DNA of 64,000 bases from Acidobacteriota bacterium (GCA_965237715.1 CBDEGM010000002.1:422-64421); one strand, 5' to 3'; shown: positions 39,551 through 48,262, counted from the stretch's first letter. Notes: generated from the sequence alone by a model not told the origin. A program made the numbers and translations.

Positions 39551-39954
39551 GCACTCCCGTCCAGCGTCGCGCTCATATCCAGACCCTCTTGGCGGATTAT
39601 CTCGAACTTCCCCATACGCCCACTCGAGCACGCCCGCCGGATCGGCGACTCGCCGCTCACTTCTATGACCGCGCTATCCCTCTGGCCACCGTCCAGGATG
39701 CCTTCCTGGTGGCGACCAGCCGCCGTCTTTTCCGAGACCCAGCGCTTCCTCGACTTTCTCCCATTCGCTCCCTTTACTACTTCCTCCCCATTGTCGAAGA
39801 GTTGCTTCAGTATCCGCTCCCCCACGGTTACGCTCAGTATCTCGAACGCAAACCACGCGCCCATCACAAGCCCAAGGAGGGGCACCCCATGGAAAAACCC
39901 GTTGATCGAGGTTCGCCACCCGGCGTGTGTTCAGAAAAGTTCAGATCCTCGTGA
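39547..39954 (+). CDS. Hypothetical ORF4 of the IS21 element
   Basis: 135 aa. Its ATG overlaps the istB stop (ATGA) and it ends 9 bp before the right IS end. No motif recognised. Confidence 0.45.
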   Translation: MSTPVQRRAHIQTLLADYLELPHTPTRARPPDRRLAAHFYDRAIPLATVQDAFLVATSRRLFRDPALPRLSPIRSLYYFLPIVEELLQYPLPHGYAQYLERKPRAHHKPKEGHPMEKPVDRGSPPGVCSEKFRSS

Positions 39955-40283
39955 TCGCTAACAGCCAAAGGGAGTAATCCCCGATTTGTAGTGACGTCCT
40001 TGCCGGCCCGGGAAGTCAAAGCGCGCCATCTGTACGAGAAGATTTACTGTGCTCGCGGGGATTTGGAAAACCGGATCAAAGAGCAACAACTGGCTCTGTT
40101 TGCTGATCGGACATCCTCGAGCAGGATGGAAGCCAACCAGTTATGCCTCTGGTTTTCCACGCTCGCCTACTTGCTCATCCATCAGCTGCGCCGCCTGGGC
40201 TTGAAGGGAACGGCACTGGCTCGAGCGCAGTGCAATACGATCCGGCTCAAGCTGCTGAAGATCGGAGCCGTGGTGAAGATTAG

Positions 40284-42339
40284 CCTAACTTCCGCGGTCC
40301 GCTGAGGGATTTTCACCTATTTTGCCTGCTCGGCGTCGGCAAGTCGTTTGTCTTCAGCGAGCGTCTTTCTGGATTGGCCAAATAGTGACTAATATGACTA
40401 AGTATAGAACTGGATATGCCAGGTTTATATGGTATATGTAGTGATGAATGTACATCCGAAAAACCAGTCGCATCTACAAGGGCAAGGAATACGCGAACTA
40501 CCTGCTGGTGGAGTCGGTTCAGACCCCCAAGGGACCGCGCCAAAGAACGATTTGCTCACTGGGCAATCTGGCCCCGGCGCCTCGAGAACAATGGCGGGCC
40601 CTGGCGCATAAGCTGGAGTCGGCCTTGTGCGGCCAGCTTCCGCTGGAAGCTCCCGATGAAAAAACCCGAACCCTTCTCGAAAGGGCTGGGCGGGGCCGAC
40701 AGCGGCGAGAGCCCGAGCCAGCGGCAGAGCTGGTCACCGTCGATGCGGAGCGGATTGAATTGGAGCAGGCCCGGGAAGCCGGGCCCGTGCACGTCGGGCA
40801 TCAGATGTGGCGGCGCTTGGGGATGGGCGAGATTCTCAGGCGTGCGGGCTTGTCGGAGCGCTCCTGCCGGTTGAGCGAAGCGATGACGCTCAACCGGCTG
40901 ATCTGTCCGCTTTCGGAACGGGCCATGCCCGACTGGGTCCGTGGCACCGCGGCGGGGACATTCTGGGAGAGGACTTCCGCCCGCTGCAGGAGGATGCGCT
41001 CTATCGGAACCTGGATCGGCTACATCCGAATCGAGAGCCGATCGAGCGGGAGCTCATGGAGCGGGAGAGAGCGCTTTTCAACCTGCAAGAGACGGTCTAT
41101 CTCTACGACCTGACGTCGACCTACTTTGAGGGTCAGGCGGAAGCCAACCCCCAGGCGAAGCGGGGCTACTCGCGCGATAAGCGTCCCGACTGCAAGCAGG
41201 TGGTGGTGGGACTGGTGCTGGATGGGGAGGGGTTTCCGAAGGCCCACGAGGTGTTTGACGGAAACGTGCAGGACCGTGCCACCGTGGATCAGATGCTGGA
41301 TGCGTTAGAGAGACGGACGGGCCAGAAAGTAGGCTCCACGGTGGTGCTGGATCGGGGCATGGCGTACGAGGAGAACCTGGAGCAGATCCGGCAGCGCCAG
41401 TATCACTACATTGTGGCGGGGCGGCAGTCGGAGCGAAATGAATGGTGGGACGAGTTGGAGAAGGAAGACGAGTGGGAAGAGATCCTTCGCATCCCTTCAC
41501 CCCGGAATCCGTTTCAGAAGAAGACTCGGGTCGAGATCAAACGGCGCCAGAAAGGCGATGAGATCTACATTCTTTGCCGCAGCGAAGGTCGGGAAGAGAA
41601 GGACCGAGCGATCCGGGAGAAACAAGAACAGAGACTGATCCACGACTTGGAGAAGCTCCAGGCCCGGGTGGAGCGGGGACGCCTGAAGCAGGAGGAGAAG
41701 ATTCAGCAGGCGATCGGTCGTCTGAAGGAACGCTACCCCCGTGTGGCGCGCTACTACGCAATCCAATACGACGCGGAGAAGCGGAATCTGGTTTGGCAAG
41801 AGAGGGCAGAGAAGAAGACGATGGCGGAGAAGCTCGACGGCAGCTACGTGCTGAAGACGGATCGGCAGGATCTGAGTGCCGATGAGATCTGGCGCACCTA
41901 CCTTCTGCTGACGCGTGTGGAACGAGCCTTCCGGGATATGAAGACCCCGCTGATGGAGCGTCCCATTTTCCACCATCTGGAGCACCGTACCCAGACGCAC
42001 ATCTTTCTCTGCGTGCTGGCCTACCACCTGCTGCTGGCCATCGAAAAGTACTTCCTGGATGAGGAGAATCCACACCTCCTGGTCGACGATCCGCCGGCAG
42101 CTGAGCACCCACCAGGTGGTCACGGTGGTCCTGCCCACGGCGAACGGCACCATTCTCCGCATCCGAAAGGGAACCACTCCGGATGGCGGGCAGCGGGACA
42201 TCTACAACGTCCTCAGGGTTCCTCTGGAAGTCATGAAACCGATCAAGACCTGGCACGCAGCGGCCAATTTGTAGTGACTGAAAAAAATCGCAACCCAGTA
42301 TCAACAAAGGATTTTGCTCAGCGGAGTGCGGAAGTTAGG
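40284..42339 (+). mobile_element. IS1634-family (IS4 superfamily) insertion sequence, degenerate
   Basis: Inverted termini CCTAACTTCCGCGGTCCGCTGAG (40284) and the reverse complement of CTCAGCGGAGTGCGGAAGTTAGG (to 42339). Inserted in the 3' end of the IS1380 no. 3 transposase gene. Confidence 0.75.
40448..42274 (+). pseudogene. IS1634-family transposase with two frameshifts
   Basis: The N-terminus MYIRKTSRIYKGKEYANYLLVESVQTPKGPRQR is typical of IS1634. Frame changes occur near 40945-40955 and 42058-42066. The third piece ends ..PLEVMKPIKTWHAAANL. Confidence 0.8.
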
Positions 42340-42401
42340 TTAATCCCGGGAATTAGCGGTGCCAGTGGGAAATCGCGCTTACTGACTGAAGCATCTGATC
42401 G

Positions 42402-42574
42402 GCATTTCTCATCACCGCTCGTTACGAAGCGGCGGAAGGGCCGGCCTGACAAGGCGCGCGACCGAGGCCCCCGCAGGCGTACTCGTGCAGTACGTCGAGG
42501 AGGCCGACGGAGCGAAACGCAGTCAGGACGGATGATTCCGCCGATGCAGTAGAGCGGTGATGAGAAATGCAGGC
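42402..42574. mobile_element. About 175-bp palindromic MITE, copy a
   Basis: Ends are (c)GGCATTTCTCATCACCGCTC ... GAGCGGTGATGAGAAATGCAGGC. The interior halves are largely complementary. It is the reverse complement of the copy at 46585-46761. Confidence 0.7.
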
Positions 42575-42705
42575 TAAAGCAACAGAGCCTTAGCAGAGCC
42601 GATTGGTGCCCACATTGAACTTCCCAGATCCGTTTCTGCCGGGCTAAATCAAGTGAAACTTGGGATCTCAGCCGTTCCGATTCAACACAAACAGGCAGCG
42701 ATGAG

Positions 42706-43024
42706 ATGTCACTCCCGTTGATTGTACCGTTTCTCGATTTAGGACCTCAATACCGAGAAATTGAGCCTGAGGTGATGAAGGTAATCCGAGAGGTATGCGC
42801 TAACCAAACATTCATTTTGGGGGAGCCTGTCCAAGAACTCGAGGAGCGCATTGCGGAATACTCTCAGTCCAAATATGGCATAGGAGTTTCTTCGGGCACC
42901 GACGCACTTTTGGCGGCACTGATGGCTCTTGAAGTGGGGATCGGTGATGAAGTGATCACCACTCCTTATACCTTTTTTGCAACAGCTGGTGCTATATCCC
43001 GGCTCGGTGCACGGCCTTTGTTTT
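42706..43024 (+). pseudogene. DegT/DnrJ/EryC1/StrS-family aminotransferase, N-terminal part
   Basis: ..[15 protein letters not shown]...[17 protein letters not shown]...[13 protein letters not shown].. Cut after ..ARPLF by IS1595 element no. 2. Confidence 0.88.
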
Positions 43025-43054
43025 GGGAATTATATACAATAGTCACCCTGACCC

Positions 43055-43216
43055 CTATTTGGGGTCTTTGGTTTCCTGGATGTTGACGAGCGAAGCAACG
43101 GATTTGGCAGCGCGTTCCGGGGTCGTTGGGAGGTAGGCCCGTTCCTGTAGTTCTGCCTTAGTCGGCTGGTAGCTCCTGGGTTTTACCTTGACCGTTGGTC
43201 GAGTTTTTTTGGTCAT
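43055..43216 (-). CDS. Small basic hypothetical ORF (53 aa) next to the IS terminus
   Basis: My translation is [53 protein letters not shown]. It is below the ORF-track cutoff, and coding status is unproven. Confidence 0.3.
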   Translation of the reverse strand: MTKKTRPTVKVKPRSYQPTKAELQERAYLPTTPERAAKSVASLVNIQETKDPK

Positions 43217-43320
43217 TGTTTCCCTTCATTGATTCCTCCTTGTTCCAGAGTATACACAAGGTTGGCATCAAGGCGGTAGGACTAGCTCTAGTCACTCAGA
43301 TAGGATATGCGTGTGGGTAA

Positions 43321-43354
43321 AAATTATATAAAAAAACAGTTTTTTATATAATTT
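43321..43354 (+). promoter_or_regulatory. Perfect palindromic operator overlapping a TATAAT box upstream of the passenger cassette
   Basis: AAATTATATAAAAAA-acag-TTTTTTATATAATTT: 15-bp perfect arms. TATAAT at 43347-43352, about 25 nt before the ATG at 43378. Confidence 0.55.
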
Positions 43355-43377
43355 CGAGCAAAGGGAGAAACGAGGAG

Positions 43378-43809
43378 ATGGACCGTCAAGACTGGACGCT
43401 TTTGGCTATTTACTTCGCAGGGGGATCTGGGCTTTCTCCGGTTCAGCTACAGAAGAGTCTGTTTTTGATTGGACAGGAACTTCGAGAAACGGTTGGCGAC
43501 TCTTTCTACACATTCATTCCGTATAACTATGGACCGTTCTCGATTGATGTTTATCGTGACGCCGACGCCCTTGCCGAAAGAGACCTCGTGAACATCATGC
43601 AGCGAACTGGTGAGAGCTGGAATTGTTACACCATTTCCGATACTGGCCGCGAACAAGCTGAGCAACTCAAAGACAGTGCCCCACTGAAGGGCGTGTCATA
43701 CCTTAAAGTCGTAGTAGACTGGGCAAAGGGATTAACTTTCCAACAACTCGTCCGTAGAATTTACAAGCAGTATCCCAGCTTCCAAAAGAATAGCGTCTTT
43801 CAAGGCTAG
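43378..43809 (+). CDS. YwgA / SocA-Panacea (DUF4065)-like small protein
   Basis: 143 aa. LSPVQLQKSLFLIGQEL...FYTFIPYNYGPFSIDVYRDADALAERDLV matches the KLQK..Y..........F..Y.YGP.S..L/VY pattern of YwgA/Panacea-type domains. RBS GGAG lies 3-6 nt upstream of the ATG. Confidence 0.6.
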   Translation: MDRQDWTLLAIYFAGGSGLSPVQLQKSLFLIGQELRETVGDSFYTFIPYNYGPFSIDVYRDADALAERDLVNIMQRTGESWNCYTISDTGREQAEQLKDSAPLKGVSYLKVVVDWAKGLTFQQLVRRIYKQYPSFQKNSVFQG

Positions 43810-43828
43810 GCCGTCAAGGTTCATACGA

Positions 43829-44710
43829 ATGACGCTGATTATAGGGATTAAGTGTAGTGACGGAATTGTCGTAGCTGCGGATGGAGCAGCTACGCTTGGA
43901 TCCTTGGGACAACAAACGGTAAAGCAGCCTGTCAAGAAGTTGTGCTTCATAGGAGACGAAGTGATTTTGGCCGTCTCCGGTCCTACTGGACTCGGCCAGC
44001 GTATCGAGGGGACCATTGGCGAACTCTACAAAGATAAGAAAAACCTTCTTCAGAAGAAGCCGTACAAGTTGATGTCTGAGATCCGGGTCGCACTATGGAC
44101 AAAGCATTTTGAGTTCGAAATGAAAGTGGCAGCAATAGCGCGAAACACGATCGGACCAGCTGCACTATCTGGCGCGTTCTCAAGCACAGTGCTCGCTCTA
44201 CCGTTGCGTAATGATCCATTCCTGATTCAGTTCGATAGTCAAGCTTCCCCTGAGTACGCAACTGAAAACTTGCCATTTCTTGCGATCGGAAGCGGTCAAA
44301 GCATTGCTGATCCGTTTCTTGCGTTTCTACGTAGAGTATTCTGGCCGAACAAGTTGCCGACATTATCCGAGGGGATATTTGCTGCGGTTTTGTCACTGCA
44401 TCATTCAATTACAGTTCATCCCGGTGGTGTCGCAGACCCAAAGCAAGTTGCTGTATTGGAGAAAATGGATGGAAATATCTGGAAACTTCGAGAGCTTCCT
44501 CCAGAAGAACTCCAAGAACACGAACAGTTCGCTCGGACCGCTGAAAAACACGTGAGTGACTTCTCGGTGGAAAGTAAGCCTGGGTCAGACGAACCCGCCC
44601 ACCAAAGCCGGATCAAGGGTCAGGTCAGTAATTATAGGAATACTATCCGTTCGAGTGGCCCACCAGATCCCGATAGCGTAATCGCTTGCCGTCCATTCCC
44701 TTCGCCATGA
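43829..44710 (+). CDS. HslV / 20S-proteasome-beta-like Ntn hydrolase with a C-terminal extension
   Basis: MT|LIIGIKCSDGIVVAADGAATLGS..TVKQPVKKL.. parallels the HslV sequence [34 protein letters not shown] (Thr1, Asp17, Lys33). An AIGSGQS (GSG) motif is present. The last ~60 aa are charged and low-complexity. Confidence 0.7.
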   Translation: MTLIIGIKCSDGIVVAADGAATLGSLGQQTVKQPVKKLCFIGDEVILAVSGPTGLGQRIEGTIGELYKDKKNLLQKKPYKLMSEIRVALWTKHFEFEMKVAAIARNTIGPAALSGAFSSTVLALPLRNDPFLIQFDSQASPEYATENLPFLAIGSGQSIADPFLAFLRRVFWPNKLPTLSEGIFAAVLSLHHSITVHPGGVADPKQVAVLEKMDGNIWKLRELPPEELQEHEQFARTAEKHVSDFSVESKPGSDEPAHQSRIKGQVSNYRNTIRSSGPPDPDSVIACRPFPSP

Positions 44711-44717
44711 CCTTCAT

Positions 44718-45605
44718 CTAGTCGATGGTGTCCAGGCGGCGCATGTTGTGACGGCCTGAGAATTCGTCCACATACCGTTGAAGGTGCTTGGCACTCATGC
44801 GGTGGTAGGTTCCGTAGTAGCCACGCTTGAGCATGGCCCAGAAAGACTCAATGCCGTTGGTGTGGGCTTGGCCCTTGATGTACTCCCTGACGCTGTGACG
44901 AACGGAAGTGTGCTCAAAATCCAGCCATAGCCGATTGTAACCGCCGTGGTCGTCCGTGTAGACCGTTGATCCTGGCTCGACACGATCCTGGATAAAGCAT
45001 TCAAGATCTTCCTGGGTGGTTCCCTTGGCAACCGTCGCTCTGACATGGTTGGTGGCCCGGTCCTTCATTCCGACCACTGGCGTCTTGCCAACGGTTCCCC
45101 GGCCAGACTTGATCTTATTGGAGCCGTGCTTGTTCTTCTCCTTGCCACCGAAATAGCTCTCGTCCACTTCGACAGGCCCCTGGAATAAGACTCCCTGGGC
45201 CTCCAGCGCCTTTCGGATTCTATGTTCCAAGTGCCACGCCGTCTTTTGGGTGATACCGAGATCCCGGTGAAGCTTCATGCTGGAGACTCCTTTGAGGTTA
45301 GTGATGATGAGGTAGGTCGCAATTGCCCACTTGCGGTAGGGTAACTTGGAGCCTTCCATGATTGTACCAACCTTGAGGGAGAATTCCCGCTTGCCGGGGC
45401 AATCCCAGCATCGGTGGGTCATGGTCTTGTGCTTTGTTCCTTCTTGGACGTTCAGCGATCCACAATGAGGGCAGCATGGTCCATTCGGCCAGCGCTGTTC
45501 GTAGAACCAACGATATGCGGATTCCTCGTCTGGAAACATGTCCATGATTTCGATCAGGGTCATGCCCTGCCGGTCGCTCTTTCCGGGTGCTTTGTGCTTT
45601 CTCAT
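44718..45605 (-). CDS. IS1595-family transposase (intact)
   Basis: 295 aa. Zn-ribbon CPHCGS..CWDC, then ..VEVDESYFGGK.., ..VYTDDHGGY.., ..NGIESFWAMLKRG... Confidence 0.92.
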   Translation of the reverse strand: MRKHKAPGKSDRQGMTLIEIMDMFPDEESAYRWFYEQRWPNGPCCPHCGSLNVQEGTKHKTMTHRCWDCPGKREFSLKVGTIMEGSKLPYRKWAIATYLIITNLKGVSSMKLHRDLGITQKTAWHLEHRIRKALEAQGVLFQGPVEVDESYFGGKEKNKHGSNKIKSGRGTVGKTPVVGMKDRATNHVRATVAKGTTQEDLECFIQDRVEPGSTVYTDDHGGYNRLWLDFEHTSVRHSVREYIKGQAHTNGIESFWAMLKRGYYGTYHRMSAKHLQRYVDEFSGRHNMRRLDTID

Positions 45606-45652
45606 TATGGGGTGATTATACTATAAAGGGGTGACTATTGTATATAATTCCC

Positions 45653-46526
45653 TTTGTTTTGTGACATCGATCCGGTGACCTACAACATTTCAGCCGACTC
45701 GGCAGAGGATTTGATTATCAATCAGTGCGAAATGTATCAAGGACACCTGGTGAACAGAAACACCGGCGGTCCCGTAAAAGTTTTGCTTCCGGTCCATCTC
45801 TTCGGACAGATGGCCGACATGGAACGTCTTATGGGGTCAGCTGCTCGCTATCACCTGCAGGTTGTTGAAGACGCAGCCCAGGCTATAGGTTCGGAAGATC
45901 GCAACGGTCGACGAGCCGGCAGTATCGGCGACATTGGCTGTTTCTCATTCTATCCAAGCAAGAATCTCGGAGCCTTAGGTGACGGCGGGATGTGTACTAC
46001 AAATGATCCCGCTCTCGCAGAACGGCTACGAGTTCTGCGGGTTCACGGCGGAAAACCAAAGTATCACCACTCAGTTATTGGGGGAAACTTTAGGCTTGAC
46101 TCACTACAGGCAGCAATATTACTCGTAAAGCTGAAACATCTGGAACGCTAGATTTCGGGCCGGGAGGATAACGCTCGATATTATGACAGAGGCTTCCGGG
46201 AAGGAGGTTTGCCCACGCAAGTTTCCATACCTCAGATACTCACGGGGTACCGTCACACATTCAACCAGTACGTCATCCGGCCAAAGCGACGCGACGAACT
46301 CAAAACGTACCTGAAAGAGAAAAGGATTGGGACAGAGATTTACTATCCAATACCTCTTCATAGGCAGAGATGCTTCGATTCCCTTGGATACCAATGCCAG
46401 GATTTTCCTGAATCCTGCCGTGCATCCAGTGAAACGCTGGCTATCCCGATCTATCCTGAATTAACAGAGAGACAAAAGCAGCACGTGCTACAGAGCATTG
46501 CTGAGTTCTACCTGTGTAGAAGTTGA
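45653..46526 (+). pseudogene. DegT-family aminotransferase, C-terminal part, with an in-frame TAG
   Basis: Continues CDIDPVTYNI...LLPVHLFGQ...DAAQAIG...FSFYPSKNLGALGDGG.. TAG at 46149-46151 replaces the expected Trp in ..KLKHLER*ISGREDNARYYD.., and the frame stays open to 46526. Confidence 0.88.
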
Positions 46527-46584
46527 GGGGGCGTATCGTCCGAAGGTGCTTACAGCTCATCAAGTTCGTCCAGCTCGCCCCCTG

Positions 46585-46761
46585 GCCTGCATTTCTCATC
46601 ACCGCTCTACTGCATCGGCGGAATCATCCGTCCTGACTGCGTTTCGCTCCGTCGGCCTCCTCGACGTACTGCACGAGTACGCCTGCGGGGGCCTCGGTCG
46701 CGCGCCTTGTCAGGCCGGCCCTTCCGCCGCTTCGTGACGAGCAGTGATGAGAAATGCAGGC
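46585..46761. mobile_element. About 175-bp palindromic MITE, copy b
   Basis: GCCTGCATTTCTCATCACCGCTC ... GCAGTGATGAGAAATGCAGGC. Inverse orientation relative to copy a. Confidence 0.75.
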
Positions 46762-47076
46762 TAGCCATGGCTTTGATATGTAGTAACAAGCAAGTTTTAG
46801 GAAAACTTGTGCACACTGCCACCTGGATCGAGGGTGATAACCCCTTCGCCAGTGAAAGCTATGTACCCCTCGAGGCACCGGCCGACACCAAATACCGGAC
46901 CTCGATCTCAGCCTCTAGCAGTATGTAATCTACAGTGAAAGAGTAACTTACAAACAACGAACCGTCACTGCAGATAAGGCCCTGTGCTGCCGTCAGACAG
47001 CACTACAGTTCGCTTTCAGAGTCACCACAAGTTTTTGTACTTTTAGGGAAAGGAAATTGCGAGCAAGTAGTCGCAG

Positions 47077-47721
47077 ATGGAGAGAAGTTTGGCAAAAGAC
47101 AGGTTGATTTTGAGGCCAACATCAGCAGCAGTTTTTCTCGCTATTGGATTTCTAGCCAGCCTTACACCACTTTGCGCCGATGCGGTGACGCTGGACTTTA
47201 AAGGGATCATAAGCACAGATCTTGGCTTCGAACAAGCCGAGTTTCCATTTGAGATCACGGGCGCCATTTCGTCCGGATCTAGCGGTGTCTGCTTTGACAC
47301 CAACCTCTTCTCGATAATAGCTTCAATGACTCGACCTGCTGGGTTGCCTTTTCTGGACATCTCTCATCCTGCCCTCTTTCCTGCCAGAAAAGGGCCTGCC
47401 GTGCATGTGGCTCTGTCGGCAGGTGTACCTCCCCGACCGGCTTCGGGGGGTGTGGACAACGCAGGGGAGGAGTTTCTTACAGCTGTCGCGAATCCTCTAT
47501 CTGGAATCACCTTCAGTGACCTCCTCGCAGCTCCCGAACCAGATAATGCGCCTCTCGTAGGTTCGTTTCTGCCACCCTTTCGCAACGGTGATCCAGGCAG
47601 CGGGTATGTCAGCCATCCTGTTCCGAAAGCCTCAACCCTGCTTCTCCTTGGTGTGGGTCTTTTGGCTGGGGGTGGGGCCATAGGCAGGCGCCTGGGTAAT
47701 GGCAAAAAAGGGCGCTTCTAG
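47077..47721 (+). CDS. PEP-CTERM sorting-domain protein
   Basis: Signal peptide, then a C-terminal ..VPKASTLLLLGVGLLAGGGAIGRRLG.. (PEP-CTERM-like motif, TM segment and basic tail). Confidence 0.75.
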   Translation: MERSLAKDRLILRPTSAAVFLAIGFLASLTPLCADAVTLDFKGIISTDLGFEQAEFPFEITGAISSGSSGVCFDTNLFSIIASMTRPAGLPFLDISHPALFPARKGPAVHVALSAGVPPRPASGGVDNAGEEFLTAVANPLSGITFSDLLAAPEPDNAPLVGSFLPPFRNGDPGSGYVSHPVPKASTLLLLGVGLLAGGGAIGRRLGNGKKGRF

Positions 47722-47796
47722 CCTAACTTCCGCGGTCGGCTGAGCGAAATCCACCTATTTTGCCTGGTCGGCGTCGGCAAGTCCTTTATTTTCAAT
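47721..47796. mobile_element. Solo left-end remnant of an IS1634-family element
   Basis: GCCTAACTTCCGCGGTCGGCTGAGCGAAATCCACCTATTTTGCCTGGTCGGCGTCGGCAAGTC is about 85% identical to 40283-40345. No transposase follows. Confidence 0.6.
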
Positions 47797-48056
47797 TGCG
47801 ATTACCCGTATTCCTGATAATACTCAGCTTTATTAGGTTTAACCACATTTGCAGGTAGAAAAGGATGTGTCCATTAATCCAGAACAATTCGGATCATTGG
47901 TCGAGAGCTCTTCGGGAGAAGTTCAATTTCAGGAAGGGTTTACTCTAAGCATGGATACTAACGTTTACTATGATTCCAGCACCGGGAAGATGCGTATGTC
48001 TTCGAGATAACAAACATGAACAGCTGTGGGAGCGCGCTTTCTTACAAGACGTTTCC

Positions 48057-48200
48057 TTAAAGGTTGAACCTCATGCGGGCGCCGAGACGGGCACCATACT
48101 GGACCACTTCCCGACCGGTGGAGTATCCCCCTCCGACGACGACCGACTGCAGGATCACCGCTGGCAGCACCCACTTCTCAAACCGTACCCGGAATCTGGT
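48057..48200 (-). pseudogene. N-terminal fragment of a YkvI-like membrane protein
   Basis: My translation ..RFEKWVLPAVILQSVVVGGGYSTGREVVQYGARLGARMRFNL* resembles the GAGFASGQE N-terminal block of the YkvI family. It ends after about 45 codons and no start was found. Confidence 0.25.
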
Positions 48201-48262
48201 GAATGCCGAATGTCGAATCTCGAGCGTCGAATTCGAAGATCGAAGATCGAGATTCGGTATTT
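48196..48262. repeat. Heptamer repeat GAAnnTC type
   Basis: GAATGCC GAATGTC GAATCTC GAGCGTC GAATTC GAAGATC GAAGATC GAGATTC. Confidence 0.7.

Larger units (their letters stand above)
36582..39963 (+). mobile_element. IS21-family insertion sequence, copy 1 (3382 bp, four ORFs)
   Basis: Starts TGTTAATGCTCACTGAG, identical to copy 2 at 60911, and ends ..GTGATCGCTAACA. It carries istA/istB plus two extra ORFs. Confidence 0.88.
35549..40305 (+). pseudogene. IS1380-family transposase, frameshifted and interrupted twice
   Basis: ..GKVTSDGGGLLLREVEKRTG...GLALGYEDLNDHDELREDF.. There is a 1-nt deletion near 36118 (DFDA-TDDPVHGEQEGRFFHGYY expected). The IS21 insertion lies after ..AKAEHLG. The ORF resumes AKGSNPRFVVTSLPAREVK.. 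at 39964 and is cut again at 40283 by IS1634. Confidence 0.85.
35493..42401 (+). mobile_element. IS1380-family element no. 3 (different subfamily), degenerate, containing nested IS21 and IS1634 elements
   Basis: The left end CCTGCATTTCTCACCG begins 13 bp after the upstream stop. The transposase fragments continue across both insertions. The right boundary is not resolved and may extend into or end at the adjacent MITE. Confidence 0.6.
43025..45652 (-). mobile_element. IS1595-family element no. 2 (2628 bp) with a two-gene passenger cassette
   Basis: Perfect 24-bp inverted termini GGGAATTATATACAATAGTCACCC (43025-43048 and 45629-45652). 8-bp target duplication TTTGTTTT (43017-43024 and 45653-45660). 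Confidence 0.92.

Noticed and set aside
40807-42552. 581-aa ORF that looks like one large protein
   Set aside because: It is a composite. The middle frame of a twice-frameshifted IS1634 transposase reads on through the IS end and into the adjacent MITE (tail ..VTKRRKGRPDKARDRGPRRR.., which recurs at 46607-46822).
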